Under the pieces are notes generated by a model that had not been told where the DNA came from, did not search any database, and saw only the letters and a program-made list of their open reading frames with translations. A program made the translations under genes and the position numbers. DNA of 64,000 nt from Octopus sinensis (taxonomy: Eukaryota). This document shows, piece by piece, positions 40,801 to 54,825 of this stretch. The DNA is taken from contig NW_021824954.1 of NCBI RefSeq assembly GCF_006345805.1, positions 186,001-250,000 of the forward strand, read 5' to 3'. The stretch's first letter is position 1, and each line of letters begins with the position of its first letter.

Positions 40801-43140
40801 CGGCAGTTGTGAAAAGAGATTGAAAAAGAGAATGTTAGCAATTTCACACATTGCAGGATGGTGCGTGACTTTATGACAACACTGTAGATCTATTTATTAG
40901 ACAACATCAGTTTACGACAGAGCCTTTTGCTCTTCATCGAAAATAAGAGGAACATAAAAATTTCCTCTTCTTTACGGTAAGCAAATTTATTTCACTATTG
41001 AACTCTGTATTTATGGCTTAGACAAGAAGGACAGTTCCATGGATCCCCTTCAGGGTCTCCGAAACTGGCGGAAGGAAGGAAAAAGTTATCCTTGGAGGGG
41101 ACACATTCCCAGAATGGAACAATCTGGACTTCACTCAAGGTACTCAAGTATTAAAGCGGGCAGTGGGTTAAGTCAACCACCCAAAGGATTTACTCCTGTC
41201 ATGAAATAATTTCTGCAATTTCACCACTCTATTGCCAATATTTATTTTAGCGGTCCCGGAGATGGGTTGAAATGTAGGCCACAAGTTCTAACAAACTAGA
41301 TCCTAAAAGGCATTCTTTTTATTGTCACCCACGCCCACAATTTTTGTTATTTCATACAATGGGGTTTTTGTTTCATTTTATTGTTTTTTACCATATTGGT
41401 AGAGTACTATTTACTTTGTGGGCGGGTACCTTTTGAATATTTGGTTGGTATTTGTTTCATAGATTTCATTGGAATGTAAATAAATAAATAAAATAATAGT
41501 GGCTTCTGTGGGGTTTGAACTGAGAATGTGAAAAGAAGTTTAAAAAATTGTAATATACTTCGTTTTATGCTCTCCCGACTCTCCCAACTGACGTTGTCAA
41601 CCGTGTTATTTAACTTCTAATAGAAAGGTTATTTAGTTACTCTTTTTGCTTGTTCGCAAATACATCATTATGAAGTAGCCAGTTATATGCCTAGAAACTG
41701 ACGTTGTTAACGATGTTGTTGTTTGGTCCTAAAACGTCCCAGGTCAAAGAGATTTTCGGTCAAAGACGTTCCTTCCAGCTTTTTTCAGTCCTCGTGTTCC
41801 TTGGACATTATCCAATGTATTCATTTTATAAAATAGCGACGATAAGTAATTTTAGAGAGAGAGAGAAAGAGAGGAAAGGAGGGGAGAAAAAGAAAGAAAG
41901 GGAAAGAAAGAGAGAGAGAGGGGGAAAGAAAGACAGAAAGAGAAACAAAGAGAGTTAACTGGTCTTTCTACTAGATCAGTCAACCAGTTTGAAGTCCCCC
42001 TCTTTGACTTGTAAACTGTTGATGTTGTTAATTCTACCAATTGACACAGCAGGCTATATATTATTTAACAGTAGTATTTTTGTATTTTTCCTTCTTAACA
42101 ACAAGATCAAATATACTTGCTTATCTGAAAGAAAGAAAAAGAAAAAGCCTAACCCTCATACCACCCAGATTCCTGATATATTTCAAATTTAGCTTAGAAT
42201 GCTTCTCCCACTAAGATTCCCCGCCCCCCGACAACTACGTAGCTGCTATGGTGGTGGTGGTTTGGCAAGACATTTCTTTCAAATTACATGACTGATTTCA
42301 AAATAAACGGTAGGTTACAGATATGACGTCATTCCACAATTGTCTGACGAGTAAAGAGCTAATTCGTATGTCATTAGTGGAAAATTTTTTCTTTGTAATC
42401 GTATGAGAAGGGTAGCGGCCATGAACCTTTTCAGGGACACTGTGACTGGGGGTGATGGTGCGGTAGTGAAGGCGACAACACTATCCTGACAACAGTATTC
42501 TCGACAGTAACTAAGCATTTCGCCCGGCACGCTAACGTTTCTGCCAGCTCGCCGCCTTATACTACAACTTAACCATTTATACTACAACTTAACCATTTAC
42601 TTTTCTACAGATCAAGTGAAACTTTGTGCTCGTACATTAATCATATAATACTTCCACCATCGTCGCCGCCGCCATCCTCCTTCCCCTTCCCTCCCCCCGC
42701 ATCCCCTCCCCCTCCTCTTTAACTTAATCAGTACCACATAGTCATCACTACCACTATTGTCGCCTTGATCGTCTCCCCATAATTGTCGTCATCATAGTCG
42801 TTGTCATAGCCGCCGCCGTCATCGTTGTTGTCACATGATAGCTGCATCATAATTTGTTGACCAAACAAAAGAAAAACAAAATGTTATTGTACAATCTTCT
42901 CCATAACTTCTACAACACATCATCTACACTGCATTCCTCAACTTCCTTAACCACCACTCACCGCTCCTTCTCTCAATATGATACTGCTAGATAACGTAAA
43001 CTCAATGTACAGGAGTGGTTTGTTGTGACGAAGTGTGGTGATTGCGTTTCAGTGGAAATTCCCTTTCGGGTTTGATATGAAAATTAAGCAGATTCCAGCA
43101 TTTCTGTGAGGAGTAGGGGGGAAATGTACCACACATAATA

Positions 43141-43222
<82 letters not shown>

Positions 43223-43289
43223 CATTCAAACATACTTCAAACACTGAACCCAGGGTCCCACCACCGGATGTAGTTTAGAGTCATATCCA

Positions 43290-44800
43290 TACAGTGGAGT
43301 GCCTATGGAAAGGAGGGGTGATAGTGATTGAATGGTTAGCGAGGCTTATGAATGTTTGCTATATGGATAGAAGAATACCAAAGGACTGGTGCAGTGCCTG
43401 TATAGTGCTACTGCACAAGAGGAAAGGAGATAAATGTGAGTGTGAAAATTTTAGGGGTATAAGTCTGTTGTGTGTGGTTAGTAAACTGAATGGGAGAATT
43501 GATTGTAAGGGTGAGGAACCAGACAGAGAATGTACTGGGAGAGGAGCAGTGTGGTTTTAGGAGTGGAAGGGGGTGTGCAGATCAAATATTTGTATTAAGG
43601 CAGATGTGTGAGAAGGGAGGGGTGTATACTAGGCCTTTATGGACCCAGAGAAGGCACATGACCGTGTGGATAAGGATACAATGTGCAGGTTGTATGGAGT
43701 AGATGGTAGATTGTTGAGAGCGGTACAGGATTTTTATAGAGAAAACGGCGTGCGTTAGGGTAGGTGGTGAAGTGGTTTAATGTGGAGGTGGGTTTAAGAC
43801 AGGCTTGTGTGATGTCCGTGGCTGTTTAATTTATATATGGATGGTGTGGTGAGAGAGGGGAATGCTAGAACCTTTGGTAGGGGAACCCTGATGGTGGGAG
43901 GAAATGGAGAGAAATGGCAGGCGAGTCAGTTGTTGTTTGCTGATGACATAGCACTGGTGGCGGATTCGGAAGAGCAACTGAGGAGACTGGCGTTAGTGTT
44001 TGGAAGAGTGTGTGAGAGAAGGAAACTGAAAGTGAATGTAAGCTAAGAGTAAGGTGATGAGATGTTCGAGATATGGAATGGTTGGTAGGATGAATGTGAA
44101 TATAATTGGTGAGAGGAAGTGAGTGTCTTTAAGTATCTGGGATCACAAGTGACGGCGGATGGGGGTATTGGTTGAGGAAGTAGGATATAGAGTGAGGAGG
44201 GGAGTAAGATACTTGGAGTTGTGAAAGGTATGCTGAGAGATATGAAAGCAAAAAGAGGTGTGTATGAGGGCATGGTTGTGCCGACAATGTTATATGGTGC
44301 AGAGACGTGGGGTCTGAGAGAGGCGGAAAGGAGGCGACTAGATGTGTTTGAGATGAGATGTTTGAGGGCTATGGTTGGTGTGACACGGATGGACAGGATG
44401 AGGGATGAGGAGGTGCGAAGGCGAGCAGGAATGAGCGAAAATCTATGTACCAGAATAGAGAGACGATTGTTGAGGTGGTTTGGCCACATGGAGAGGAGGG
44501 CGAGAAAGGTAGAAGTGGTAGGCAGCTGAACCAGAGGCAGACCTCGGTTTGTGTGGATGGATGGAGTGCGAAAAACTTTGGTGGTGAGAGGTGTTGGCGT
44601 GAGAGAGAGACGAGAGAGTTTATAAATGATAGGAACGCTTGGAGAGTTTGTGGCGGGGGTAAAACCAGCATATTCTGTCGGGCCCCGCTGCTGATATCGG
44701 GGGTTGCTTTCTATGTTTTGATCCGAGCATAGGACGGGGCTCGCCTCTTTGAACTGGGAAATGAATGGAATGCCTGGTGTGTGTCTTGTGGTTACCTCCT
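43290..44800 (+). mobile_element. 5'-truncated RTE-class LINE
   Basis: NFRGISLL, EEQCGFRSGRGCADQIF, LLFADDIALV, MLYGAETW, LRWFGHMER; several frameshifts. Confidence 0.92.
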
Positions 44801-45025
44801 CCTATGAGGAATAGGCATTAGTAAATATAAAAAAATTCGAGGCTCCGATGACGCTATATTCAGGCACTCAACTATGAGTGCGCTGTATCTTATAACAGAA
44901 ACAACTGTAAGCTAATGAAGTTCATAACATAATATTTTTCTCTGTCACCCCATTTTATTAACGGTCTATACTCGTCTAACACTTCGCTCTAAAGCATACA
45001 TATATTGAGTTCTATAACATGTTAT

Positions 45026-45105
<80 letters not shown>

Positions 45106-45318
45106 TGTAGCTCCTTCATAATTAGTGATTTATATCATTATAGTCCAATGTATATATATATATATACTTTGGGAATGGTAGATGAGTTCAGCAAAAATTT
45201 AGATTCAGATGAATATGGTACTTAAGTTGAGGCACCAGAATTTAGTACGGTATTATTCATACAATTTCAAAGTAAGATGATTAACATCAAAATAAGCAAC
45301 AAGGATATCCTAAGGTAA

Positions 45319-45405
45319 TGCAGTACGATCGTTTCATGCAACTCCATTTAATTGAACAATGCAATCATTATATCAATTTAAAATGCAGAGCAATCTTCAG
45401 CTGCA
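45319..45405 (-). ncRNA. Minimal type-I hammerhead motif
   Basis: Minus strand TGCAG-CTGAAGA-ttgc...gcat-GAAA-CGATCG-TA-CTGCA; 5-bp stem I; base of stem II imperfect. Confidence 0.75.
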
Positions 45406-46549
45406 CAAAGACATTGAATTTAATTAAATTAGAACAGATGGACACATTAGTATAATTATACCTAAAATCTCCAAGATGTTAAGGAGATAGACAAAGAACA
45501 TGCTGTCTCACTCCAGTTTAGAAGTTACTGAATTTTCAAGAAGATATACATTGTTACAGACTCTGCCTGTCACTGACTTTTTTGTCTTTACGGGGTCAGT
45601 TTTAATTTATAGACTAGTTTATCAAATCCCTTATATATCTAAGGCTGAGAGAACAGAGGGCAGTATCTGTTAGGGGTATAGCTGAAGTTGCAGACAGACA
45701 TCATAGTTGGTATAGTCATAAAAATCAAGATTTATTCGAAGCAATATCATGCGGTTTGGTAAAGGAAAACTTAAAACAAGATGTTAGGGGGTCTCTCACT
45801 AGCAGACCATTGATAATGAGACAAGGGAAGTCTTATCATGTAGTACTATAGTTAAATATTTTAAACAATGCTGCTATATTGTATACAGTTAAAGTTTAGG
45901 GTTATTCAAAGGATTATTGAGAAGAATACTATAACAATAGGATAGAAATTTATGAATACTTTTCAATATTACACCAAACTTTACCACAGTAGAGGGAGGA
46001 AAAGAAATTATCCTGAAATTGTTTAATATTTATACATATTGTGCACTTAAAAACTAACTCATCAGACGGTATCTGTGAATATTGATTAATTGGTATATAC
46101 TGGTATTAATAAAGGAGTATTAAGGTAAAGGAGCATGCTAATTATATATTAACAAAATTATAATCTAAGCAGTATTTTTTTTATAAGTAGTGAATATACC
46201 AGTATAGTTTTATATAAGCTAAGTATGAATTTATAGAGATATAAAAATTAGAGTAATTTTATAAATAAAAAAATAAAGAAATAAAATAAAATAATCAAGT
46301 AGGGCAGAACACCATAGAAAAGGAAATAAAATGGCTTAATTACTAATACTATGGTAAAGTATATGTAGCTTATTAACACCAATAGAGAAGATTTTTAGAA
46401 AAAGTATAATAATTCAAAAGAGGTTGCCTCATCGGAGCCTCGAATTTTTTAAAATTTACCCTCTATTGTAGTAAAAATTTAGTATATACTCAAAATATAA
46501 AAAAAAAATGTTATCCTTTTGTTAAAATTTGCATGGCGGAAGTCGTTCG

Positions 46550-47995
46550 GAGAGGGACTCTCTTAAGGCACAATCGACATGATCTTTTGTGCCCGCCAAC
46601 TCCAGGAGAAATGTCAAGAACAACAACAGCCTGCAATGTTCATCTTCTGAGATCTAAAGAAAACCTTTGACAAGATCCCTCGTCCTGCAATGTGGGCCGT
46701 CCTTGCTCGGTTTGGATGTCCGGAGGAGTTCCCTGCCTTGGTTCGCTCCCTTTACGGCGGCATGGTAAGTAGACTATGCCATCAAAATGCTCTCACATAC
46801 CCGTTTCTAGTCATTGGGAGTTTTAAGCAAGGATGCATTCTGGCACCAATCTGTTCCTCTTTGTACATGGCCGCCTTGTTCAACGAAATCCCGCTAGCTT
46901 CGCCTTCCACCAGCATGCGCTATCGCTTGGATGGCGGACTTCTTCAATCTCGCACGTCTCCACGAAAAGACGGGCACCTCCGCCATCTCAGTCCGTGAGA
47001 TGCAGTATGCCGACGACAATGCTACCCCGAACCGGGCCGTAGATGGCTTACAAAGGACAGCTGATCTTTACAACGTGGCTTACGAATGCTTAAGGATGCA
47101 GGTAAACACATTAAAGACCAAGACCTTGATCTAGCCTGCAGCAGGCCGCAACAGTCCACCCACGAAAGCTAGCATCAACGGCCAACCTCTAGAAGTTGAA
47201 CACTCATGCCTTGGGAGTATCCTTTCGAAAACTCCCACGTGCGAAAAAGATGTGGAGAACCGGATCATGTTGGCCCACTCAGCCTTGGGTAGACTCAGCC
47301 AACGTGTATTCTTCAATCACGCAGTGTCCATTCGGACAAATATCAAGGTCTTCTGTGTCATTGTCCTGACAACTCTTCACTACGCTACGCTTCTGAGACT
47401 TGGACGCTGTATCGCTGTAACTTCAAGCGCCTTGAATGCTTCCAGCAATCCAAACTACGACAAAGCTTCAATATTTGATGGAAAGATCATATTACCAACA
47501 ACGAAGTTCTTCGCTGCGCCTCACTACTAAGCGTCGAAGCCATCATTCTTCGCTATCGTCTCCGCTGGGCAGGTCACATCCAGCGTATGGAGCCCTCTCG
47601 TCTCCCGAAAATCATGCCCTACGAGAACCTGCTACCGGAACAAAACCCAGAGGAAGTCGGATATTCCGTTTTAAAGAACAGCTTAAACGGATCCTGGCTC
47701 AAACTAATCTCCAGCCATCCCCATGGGAACAGATTGCCATTGATAGAACAACCTGGAGGACTGCTATCCGCAATGGAGACAGCTTCTTCGAGCAGAACAG
47801 ACAACAGAAAAAAGAGGTAAAACGCAAGAGAAAAAAGGAGCATTCTTCAACATCCTCGATCCGCACCCACCATCCTGTGTGAATTCTGGCCATAACTCTT
47901 TCACCACTGACTTGGACTCCAAAGGCATATTCGGTACAAACATCTGACTGGAGACTGGATGGAGACTGACGAACCGAATGCTCGGATACGAGCTG
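46550..47995 (+). mobile_element. 5'-truncated RTE-BovB-like LINE
   Basis: RGTIDMIFCARQLQEKCQEQ, KQGCILAP, YRLDG..FNLARL, MQYADD, RWAGH; frameshifted. Confidence 0.92.
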
Positions 47996-48013
47996 GAGCC
48001 GACGATATATAGT

Positions 48014-48352
48014 GCAGGCGCAATGGCCCGGTGGTTAGAGCAGTGGACACGCGATCGTAGGATCACGGTTTCGATTCCCAGACCGGGCGTTGTGCGTCTT
48101 TATTGAGCGAAAACACCTAACAGCTCCACGAGCTCCGGCAGTGGGTGGTGACAAATCCTTTCAGCACAACTTTCTCTCACTCTTTCTTCTTGCTTTGTCA
48201 CGCACTGTGTCAAGCTGAATCTTCCCGAGAACTACGTTAAGCGTACATATGTCTGTGGAGTGTTCAGCTACTTACACGTTAATTTCACGAGCAGGCTGTT
48301 CCGTTGACCGGATCAACTGGAACCCTCGTCGTCGTAACCAACGGATTACCAC
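48014..48352 (+). mobile_element. tRNA-derived SINE, family A
   Basis: Inverted homologue of 34620-34968. Confidence 0.9.
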
Positions 48353-48660
<308 letters not shown>

Positions 48661-48663
48661 TAT

Positions 48664-48875
48664 TCTTTTACTCTTTTTTTGCTTCAGTTTTTTGACTGCG
48701 GTCAAGCTAGAGCACCGCCTTCAAGATGTCTTTGGTCGAAGAAATCGCTCCCAGGACTTTCTTTTGTAAGCCTAGTACTTATTCTATCGGTTTCTTTTGT
48801 CGAACCGCTAAGTTATGGAGACGTAAACACACCAACACCGGTTGTCAAGCGATAGTGAGGGGACAAATACAGACA
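48664..48875 (-). mobile_element. SINE family C, 3' half
   Basis: Matches 35290-35473 reversed. Confidence 0.85.
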
Positions 48876-48882
48876 TAGATAT

Positions 48883-48930
<48 letters not shown>

Positions 48931-48961
48931 TATATATATATTATATATTATATATATATAT

Positions 48962-48992
<31 letters not shown>

Positions 48993-49084
48993 TGTGTGTG
49001 TGTGTGTGTGTGTGTGTGTAGTATGTGTGTGTGTATAAGTATATATATATATATGGGAATTTTTTGTGTAATAAGATGAACAAC

Positions 49085-49263
49085 CAAGGCTGTGGAGATA
49101 TTTGAGGTTTTTTTTAGATATAAAGTCTTACACCTGTTTCTAGGATATTTATTAATTATATCCCTCTCACACCGTCTCCGATGAAGGGATATAATTAATA
49201 AATATCCTAGAAACAGCTGTAAGACCTTATATCTATAAATGCTCTAATATCTACACAGCCTTG
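49085..49263. repeat. Fold-back, arms about 80 bp, with hammerhead core in the spacer
   Basis: caaggctgtggagatatt...atccct / agggat...atatctacacagccttg. Confidence 0.88.
49174..49225 (+). ncRNA. Minimal hammerhead motif, U4C core variant
   Basis: GTCT-CCGATGA-agggatat...atatccta-GAAA-CAGCTG-TA-AGAC. Confidence 0.65.
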
Positions 49264-49304
49264 TTTTTTTTTATCTTTTTACGGTATTATTTATTACGCT
49301 ATAA

Positions 49305-49411
49305 TTTAATTGTTTTCCATATTTACATTTGAAAAAGTCTCAATGACTGAAACCGGTACTAAAATGTTTTTATAAAATTATTTTAGCATTTTCTATCTTG
49401 ACTTTGTTTCC

Positions 49412-49488
<77 letters not shown>

Positions 49489-49596
49489 GGAAAAAAAGTC
49501 AAGATAGAAAATGCTAAAATAATTTTATAAAAACATTTTAGTACCGGTTTCAGTTATTGAGACTTTTTCAAATGTAAGTATGGAAAACAATTAAAT
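49305..49596. repeat. Fold-back, arms about 108 bp, around a (TA)n spacer
   Basis: tttaattgttttccat...actttgtttcca-(TA)n-tggaaaaaaagtc...atggaaaacaattaaa. Confidence 0.92.
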
Positions 49597-49739
49597 TTAA
49601 GAAAAATTAAAAGAAAAGTTCTTTTAAAAGAATATTTGCATAGTGTTCAGAATTTGCATAGGTTCAGAAAAATCTTTTCTTTTAATTTTTCCAAAATTTA
49701 CGATCGTGAGCCGAATTCCCTTACCACTAAGCCACACGC

Positions 49740-49835
<96 letters not shown>

Positions 49836-49928
49836 ACATACACACACACACACACACACATATATACACATATGCATACATACATTAAATACTATACCTT
49901 ACTCTATACACATATATACATACATACA

Positions 49929-49959
<31 letters not shown>

Positions 49960-52291
49960 GTAATACATTGTCCCTGCATTACACACAAGACATACAACAT
50001 TGATGGGGATACCCTTGTAACTGTAATTCAGAAACTTCAGCATGGAAAAGCACCTGAAAGAGACTTGATTGTTGGATATTGGTACAAGAAGCAAACCTAC
50101 TGACCATATCTTACCAACCTGTACCAGCAAGCTATCAATGGGAACAATAGCATACCACACTGGATAGCTGTGGCAGAGACAAAACTGATCACCAAATGCG
50201 GAACCACCCACATGGCAAAAGACTACCGGCCAATTGCATGTCAGAACTTAATGCATAAAATATATACAGCATGGAACCTCTTCCTTCAAGACCATTGTGA
50301 AAGTAATAACATCATCACAGTACAACAAGCAGCTGGGAAGAAGAGAGTCTGGGGATGTGTCGAGCAATTGTTAATAAACAAAACTGTAATCTAAGAGGTG
50401 CAGAAACACAGAAGGAACATAGTTTCAATGTGGTTAGACTACAAGAGAACGTTTAACTCTGTTCCCCCACTCATGGATGCTTGAAGCCCTTCAACTTGCT
50501 AAACTTCTAGTGAGTATAGTGAAAGTTATAGCTGACCTGACTTCATCGTGGGCCACCATCTTGAAATTAAGCACAAGGAATGATTGTATTGTCACTGATA
50601 GAATACGGTATCGCAGAGGCATATTCCAACGGGACAGCCTCTCTGTGATGTCTATACTTTCTGTAAATCCCTTGTCATTCATGTTAAGGAAGTCTGAAGG
50701 ATATCTCACTGGTTCACAAGGAAACAGAAATACTAAAATTACTTACTCTTTCTTTGTGGATGACTTTAAACTATATGCAAAGAACATGCATGAGATGAAA
50801 AAGTGCCTTGACCTGGTTATAGCATTCTCAAAAGATATATATGACTGGAATTTGTTCAGGAGAAATGTTGCTATATGGTTGTGAAAGAGGGAAAACTGTA
50901 TATCTGACAAGCAACATCACCATCAGTGACTTTACTGCTTCCCCTATATCTGATGAGGAATGTTACAGATATATATTGGGGTGAATGAAAACATATCTTA
51001 CAATGGCACCTCTAACAAAACACGTATCACTAAAGAATATTACAGCCGAATAAAGAAAATTTGGACCTCGGAACTCTGCATTCAACAAAACTGGCCCACA
51101 ATGTGTTTGCAATGCCAGTATTTATACAAATATTTGGGCTGCATGATTGGACGCTTGATGAGATCCGTGAAAACCCGGAAGGTACTAAACAGTATACATA
51201 ATTTCCACATCAACCTGCACCGCCTGCACCTAAAACGATAAGAAGGCGGTAGAGGCTTAACATCGATTCAAACTGCCTTCGAATGTCGTATCATATCCCT
51301 TCGGCCACATCTTTTAACCAGTAAGTGCATCCCTTGACCAAGTTTGCATACATAAGGCTGATAACATCATAAGGCTTGGAAGGCAGCTTCTTGAGCAGCA
51401 GTCCTTATTTGATAACCTTAAATACATGCCCAAAGAAGTCGTACGATTCTACCGCAACATATCATCAGATGAAAGGATGAGCGTATATGAGCAGAAGACC
51501 ATGCACGGATAATAGAAAGCTTCGGGATGAAAGTAACATTAATCATCAAAGCAGTTTATCATGGGCCAACAACCAGATTACTATCTCCCACTTTGAAGGG
51601 TATGCGTTTGCAATCCAGGATCAGGAAATATCAACCAAATACCTGACGCACAAAGAAGGACAGAGATGCAGGAAAAGCAGTATACTGTGACAACCGATGC
51701 AGACTTTCTGGAGTTAACACCGAAGATATCACCCTCATCATAAGTAGTTGTCCGAAAATGTCATCACGATGTTATCTACCGATGAGACATGATGCTGCTA
51801 GGACACTATGTAATGAAATCTGTCGGAAGGATAACCCCGAGTACAATGAAATAAGAACTCACAGTATGATAGAAGCCATAGCCACTCATAATAAAAAGGA
51901 GCACTGGTGGAATGTCCCAGTGAAAACCTCAATAAAAGGTAAACACAATTGAGCTGATATAATGATTTGGGATGGAGAAAAGAAACTGTGTACAGTTGTG
52001 GAAATCAACAGCCCAGCGGATGTTAACACAAAGCTGAAAATCAGTGAAAAAGAGAACACCTACCCTGAACTATTGAGAAATCTGCAGTTACTCTATCCAG
52101 ATTACAAGTTCAGGTTTATACCTGTAATTATTGGAGTAGTGAGATATGTAACACACTGCCTAAATACCAATCTTGAGAAATTAGGCTTCTCAAAACCAGA
52201 AAGGAGAAATTTATTTCTAAGTCTACAGATCCAAGCCATCACTGGAACTGTAAAAATATGTAAAACTTTCCAGAAATTTTACATATTTAAG
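49960..52291 (+). mobile_element. 5'-truncated R4/Dong-clade LINE (RT, Cys motif, restriction-like endonuclease)
   Basis: DYRPIACQN, MWLDYKR.F.SVPHSW, RRGIFQRDSLS, FVDDFKLYA, CRL...SSC, RHD, WWNVPV..HN.ADIMIW, FIPVIIG; many stops and frameshifts. Confidence 0.92.
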
Positions 52292-52293
52292 TA

Positions 52294-53543
52294 TTGGGTT
52301 GGCTACTAAGTTCTTGCCGTTTTTTAAAATTTAATATTTTTAAAAGGTTTAATAAAAAAATAACAACTAATTAATCAATAATGTATTCACCATTGTTGTT
52401 TACAGCTTCTTCCCAGCGTTCAATAAGATTTTCAACACCACGTTGGTAGAAATCACTCGATTTCGACTCGAAAAATTGATCCAACCAAGCTCTCAATTCT
52501 GTATCAGTATTGAACGAAATTCCGCGCATAGCATTTGAAAGAGATCGAAAGAGGTGCCAAATCAAGAGAGAACGGCGGCTGTGGCAGCACTTCCCAGCCA
52601 TGCGTTTGAATGGCTTCTTTGGTCATGAGGGCGGGCGTTGTTGTACAGCAGAACTCCATGCTGCCGATTAAGTCTTTTCTCTTGAATAGCCGTGTTGAGT
52701 CGTTCCATCTGTTGAACATAGAGTTCCGCGTTCACCGTTTGGTTCCGTTCGAGCAATTCATAACGGATAGTCCCTTCCTAGTCCCACCATACGCACAACA
52801 TCGTTTTACGCAGATGAAGATCTTGTTTCACGTGCGGTGTCGCTTATTCACCGGGGCTAAGCCATTCTTTACACTGCTTCATATTGATGTACAGGCACCA
52901 TTTTTCGTCACCAATAACGATTCGGTAAAGAAATCGTTGCTTGTGTCCATGAGTTGAGCGGTGACGAGCAAACAAACCAGCGGAAATTGTGGCTCGTCAA
53001 TTTTTATTGTTGTCACTTAAAGCATGCGGAACCCATGCTCCATACTTCTGAACTTTTCCCATCGAGTGAATATGCTTCTCTATAGCAGTGTGGCAGCATT
53101 CCATTTCTCTACCAGTTCTCTTGTCGTTTGACGAGAATTTTCGTGCAAAACTTGGTTTAATCGCTCTTCATCGAACTCAACTGGACTGCCAGAACAAGGT
53201 GCGTCTTTGAGATCAAAATTTCCATTTTTGAACTTGGCATACCAATCACGAGTGGTTCTTTCAGCTATGGCTCCCTCTCCATACACAGCACAAATGTTGC
53301 GAGCAGCTTTTGCGGCCTTAGAATCTTCATTAAAAGCAAAAAGAAGGTGTCGAAAATGCTCGTTTTTCTTAATGATCTGAAAATGAAAAAAATTAACTAA
53401 AATTAACTAGAAGACAAAACAAGACAAAATAGATTCCAAATTGATTTAAAAATAAAATTCTTGAAAAAAATAGATTCCAAAATTTAAAAACGCAATAAAT
53501 TCCAAAATTTAAAAAAACGGCGGGAACTTAGTTGCCAATCCAA
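52294..53543 (-). mobile_element. Full-length defective mariner, family B (Hsmar1/cecropia-like)
   Basis: TIRs TTGGGTTGGCTACTAAGTTC / GAACTTAGTTGCCAATCCAA with TA TSD; YGEGAIAERTTRDWYAKFKNGNFDLKD, WEVLPQPPFSLDLAP, NNNGEYIID. Confidence 0.93.
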
Positions 53544-53619
53544 TATATATGAGCATGTCTAGATATGCAAGTATATGCATGAGAAGGCATACATAAAAGA
53601 GAGGATACAAATCAGCACG

Positions 53620-53840
53620 TATACATGCATACATGTATACATACATACATACATACATACATACATACATACATACATACATACATACATACTACATACA
53701 TACATACATACATGCTTGCATACGTACATACATACATACACACACACATACTACATACATACATACATACATACATGCATACATACATACATACATACAT
53801 ACATACATACATACATACATACATACATACATACATACAC
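53620..53840. repeat. (TACA)n microsatellite
   Basis: Direct inspection. Confidence 0.95.
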
Positions 53841-54289
53841 AGTTCATTTTTTGAAATTCCAATGAAAGTACCTCGGATCTAGGTTAGAAACGGGTTTTCT
53901 CTATTGGCAAGAAATCTTGAAATAAAACTGAATGATGACATACATATAATTTGGTGAACTTTTGGTCTAGAATGTTCTTTTAATGTCATTTGCGCTTGTG
54001 ACTAGCTTGTGATTTCGAATAGCATGAGTGGGTATTAGAGTTGATACTCTTAGATAATGAATAATTACAAGAATACAAAAAAACATTAAAAAAAATCACC
54101 TACGGTTGAAAGTATAAATCAAAACTACTTTCAAGTTACATAAATGTTGTGTTTTGCCAAGATTGGACTGCTGCAAAGGAAAGGAAAACGCAGCTTAAGT
54201 TTCTGATAGCGTGTCCTATTTAATTGCTTAATTAATTTCTTTGCGCATAAACATATGACCTTCAGCTATTCTTTTTCGCTTACGCAAGA

Positions 54290-54575
54290 AGGTGAAGGAG
54301 GAAGACGAGAAAAAAGAAGATGAAGAAAACGAAAAACGGAAAAGTAGAAGAAAGAAGGAAGAAAGAAGAGAGAGAGAGAGAAAGCAGAAGTAGGAAAAAA
54401 GGAGGAAGAGAAAAATGGGAGACGCAAAAAGGAAATAAGAAAGTAATTGAAGATGGAAAGCAGAAAGGAGAAAAAAGGAAAAGGAAGAAGAAAGAAAAGA
54501 GGGGAAGAAAAAGATTAACAAAAAGAGAAAAAAACAAAAAACAAAATATAAAATAGAAGGGGAAAAGAAAGACGA
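54290..54575. repeat. Purine-rich (GA/AAG) low-complexity tract
   Basis: Direct inspection. Confidence 0.85.
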
Positions 54576-54825
54576 GAATTGATATGCCTAGTTAAAATTG
54601 CAATGGAAATTAAATCCAACATCCAACATATTTAAAGCTTCAGCATGACGATAAGATTATGAAATTTGATAGCATGTATGTATGTATGTATGTATGTATG
54701 TATGTATGTATGTATGTATGTATGTATGTATGTATGTAGGCATACACAAACATGTATACATGCACGTATGCATATTATATGTGTGCATAAGAATACATAT
54801 ATGTATATATGAAAGCAGGTATATA

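Noticed and set aside
41017-41130. Apparent plus-strand exon with AG/GT ends
   Set aside because: Another frame reads WRGHIPRME, typical of a decayed RTE LINE
42040-42123. Very strong minus-strand acceptor at 42125
   Set aside because: All frames close quickly and there is no convincing donor; polypyrimidine tracts are common here
54228-54556. K/E/R-rich and F/S/L-rich ORFs (also 13223-13801 and 41704-42040)
   Set aside because: Translations of purine-rich low-complexity tracts
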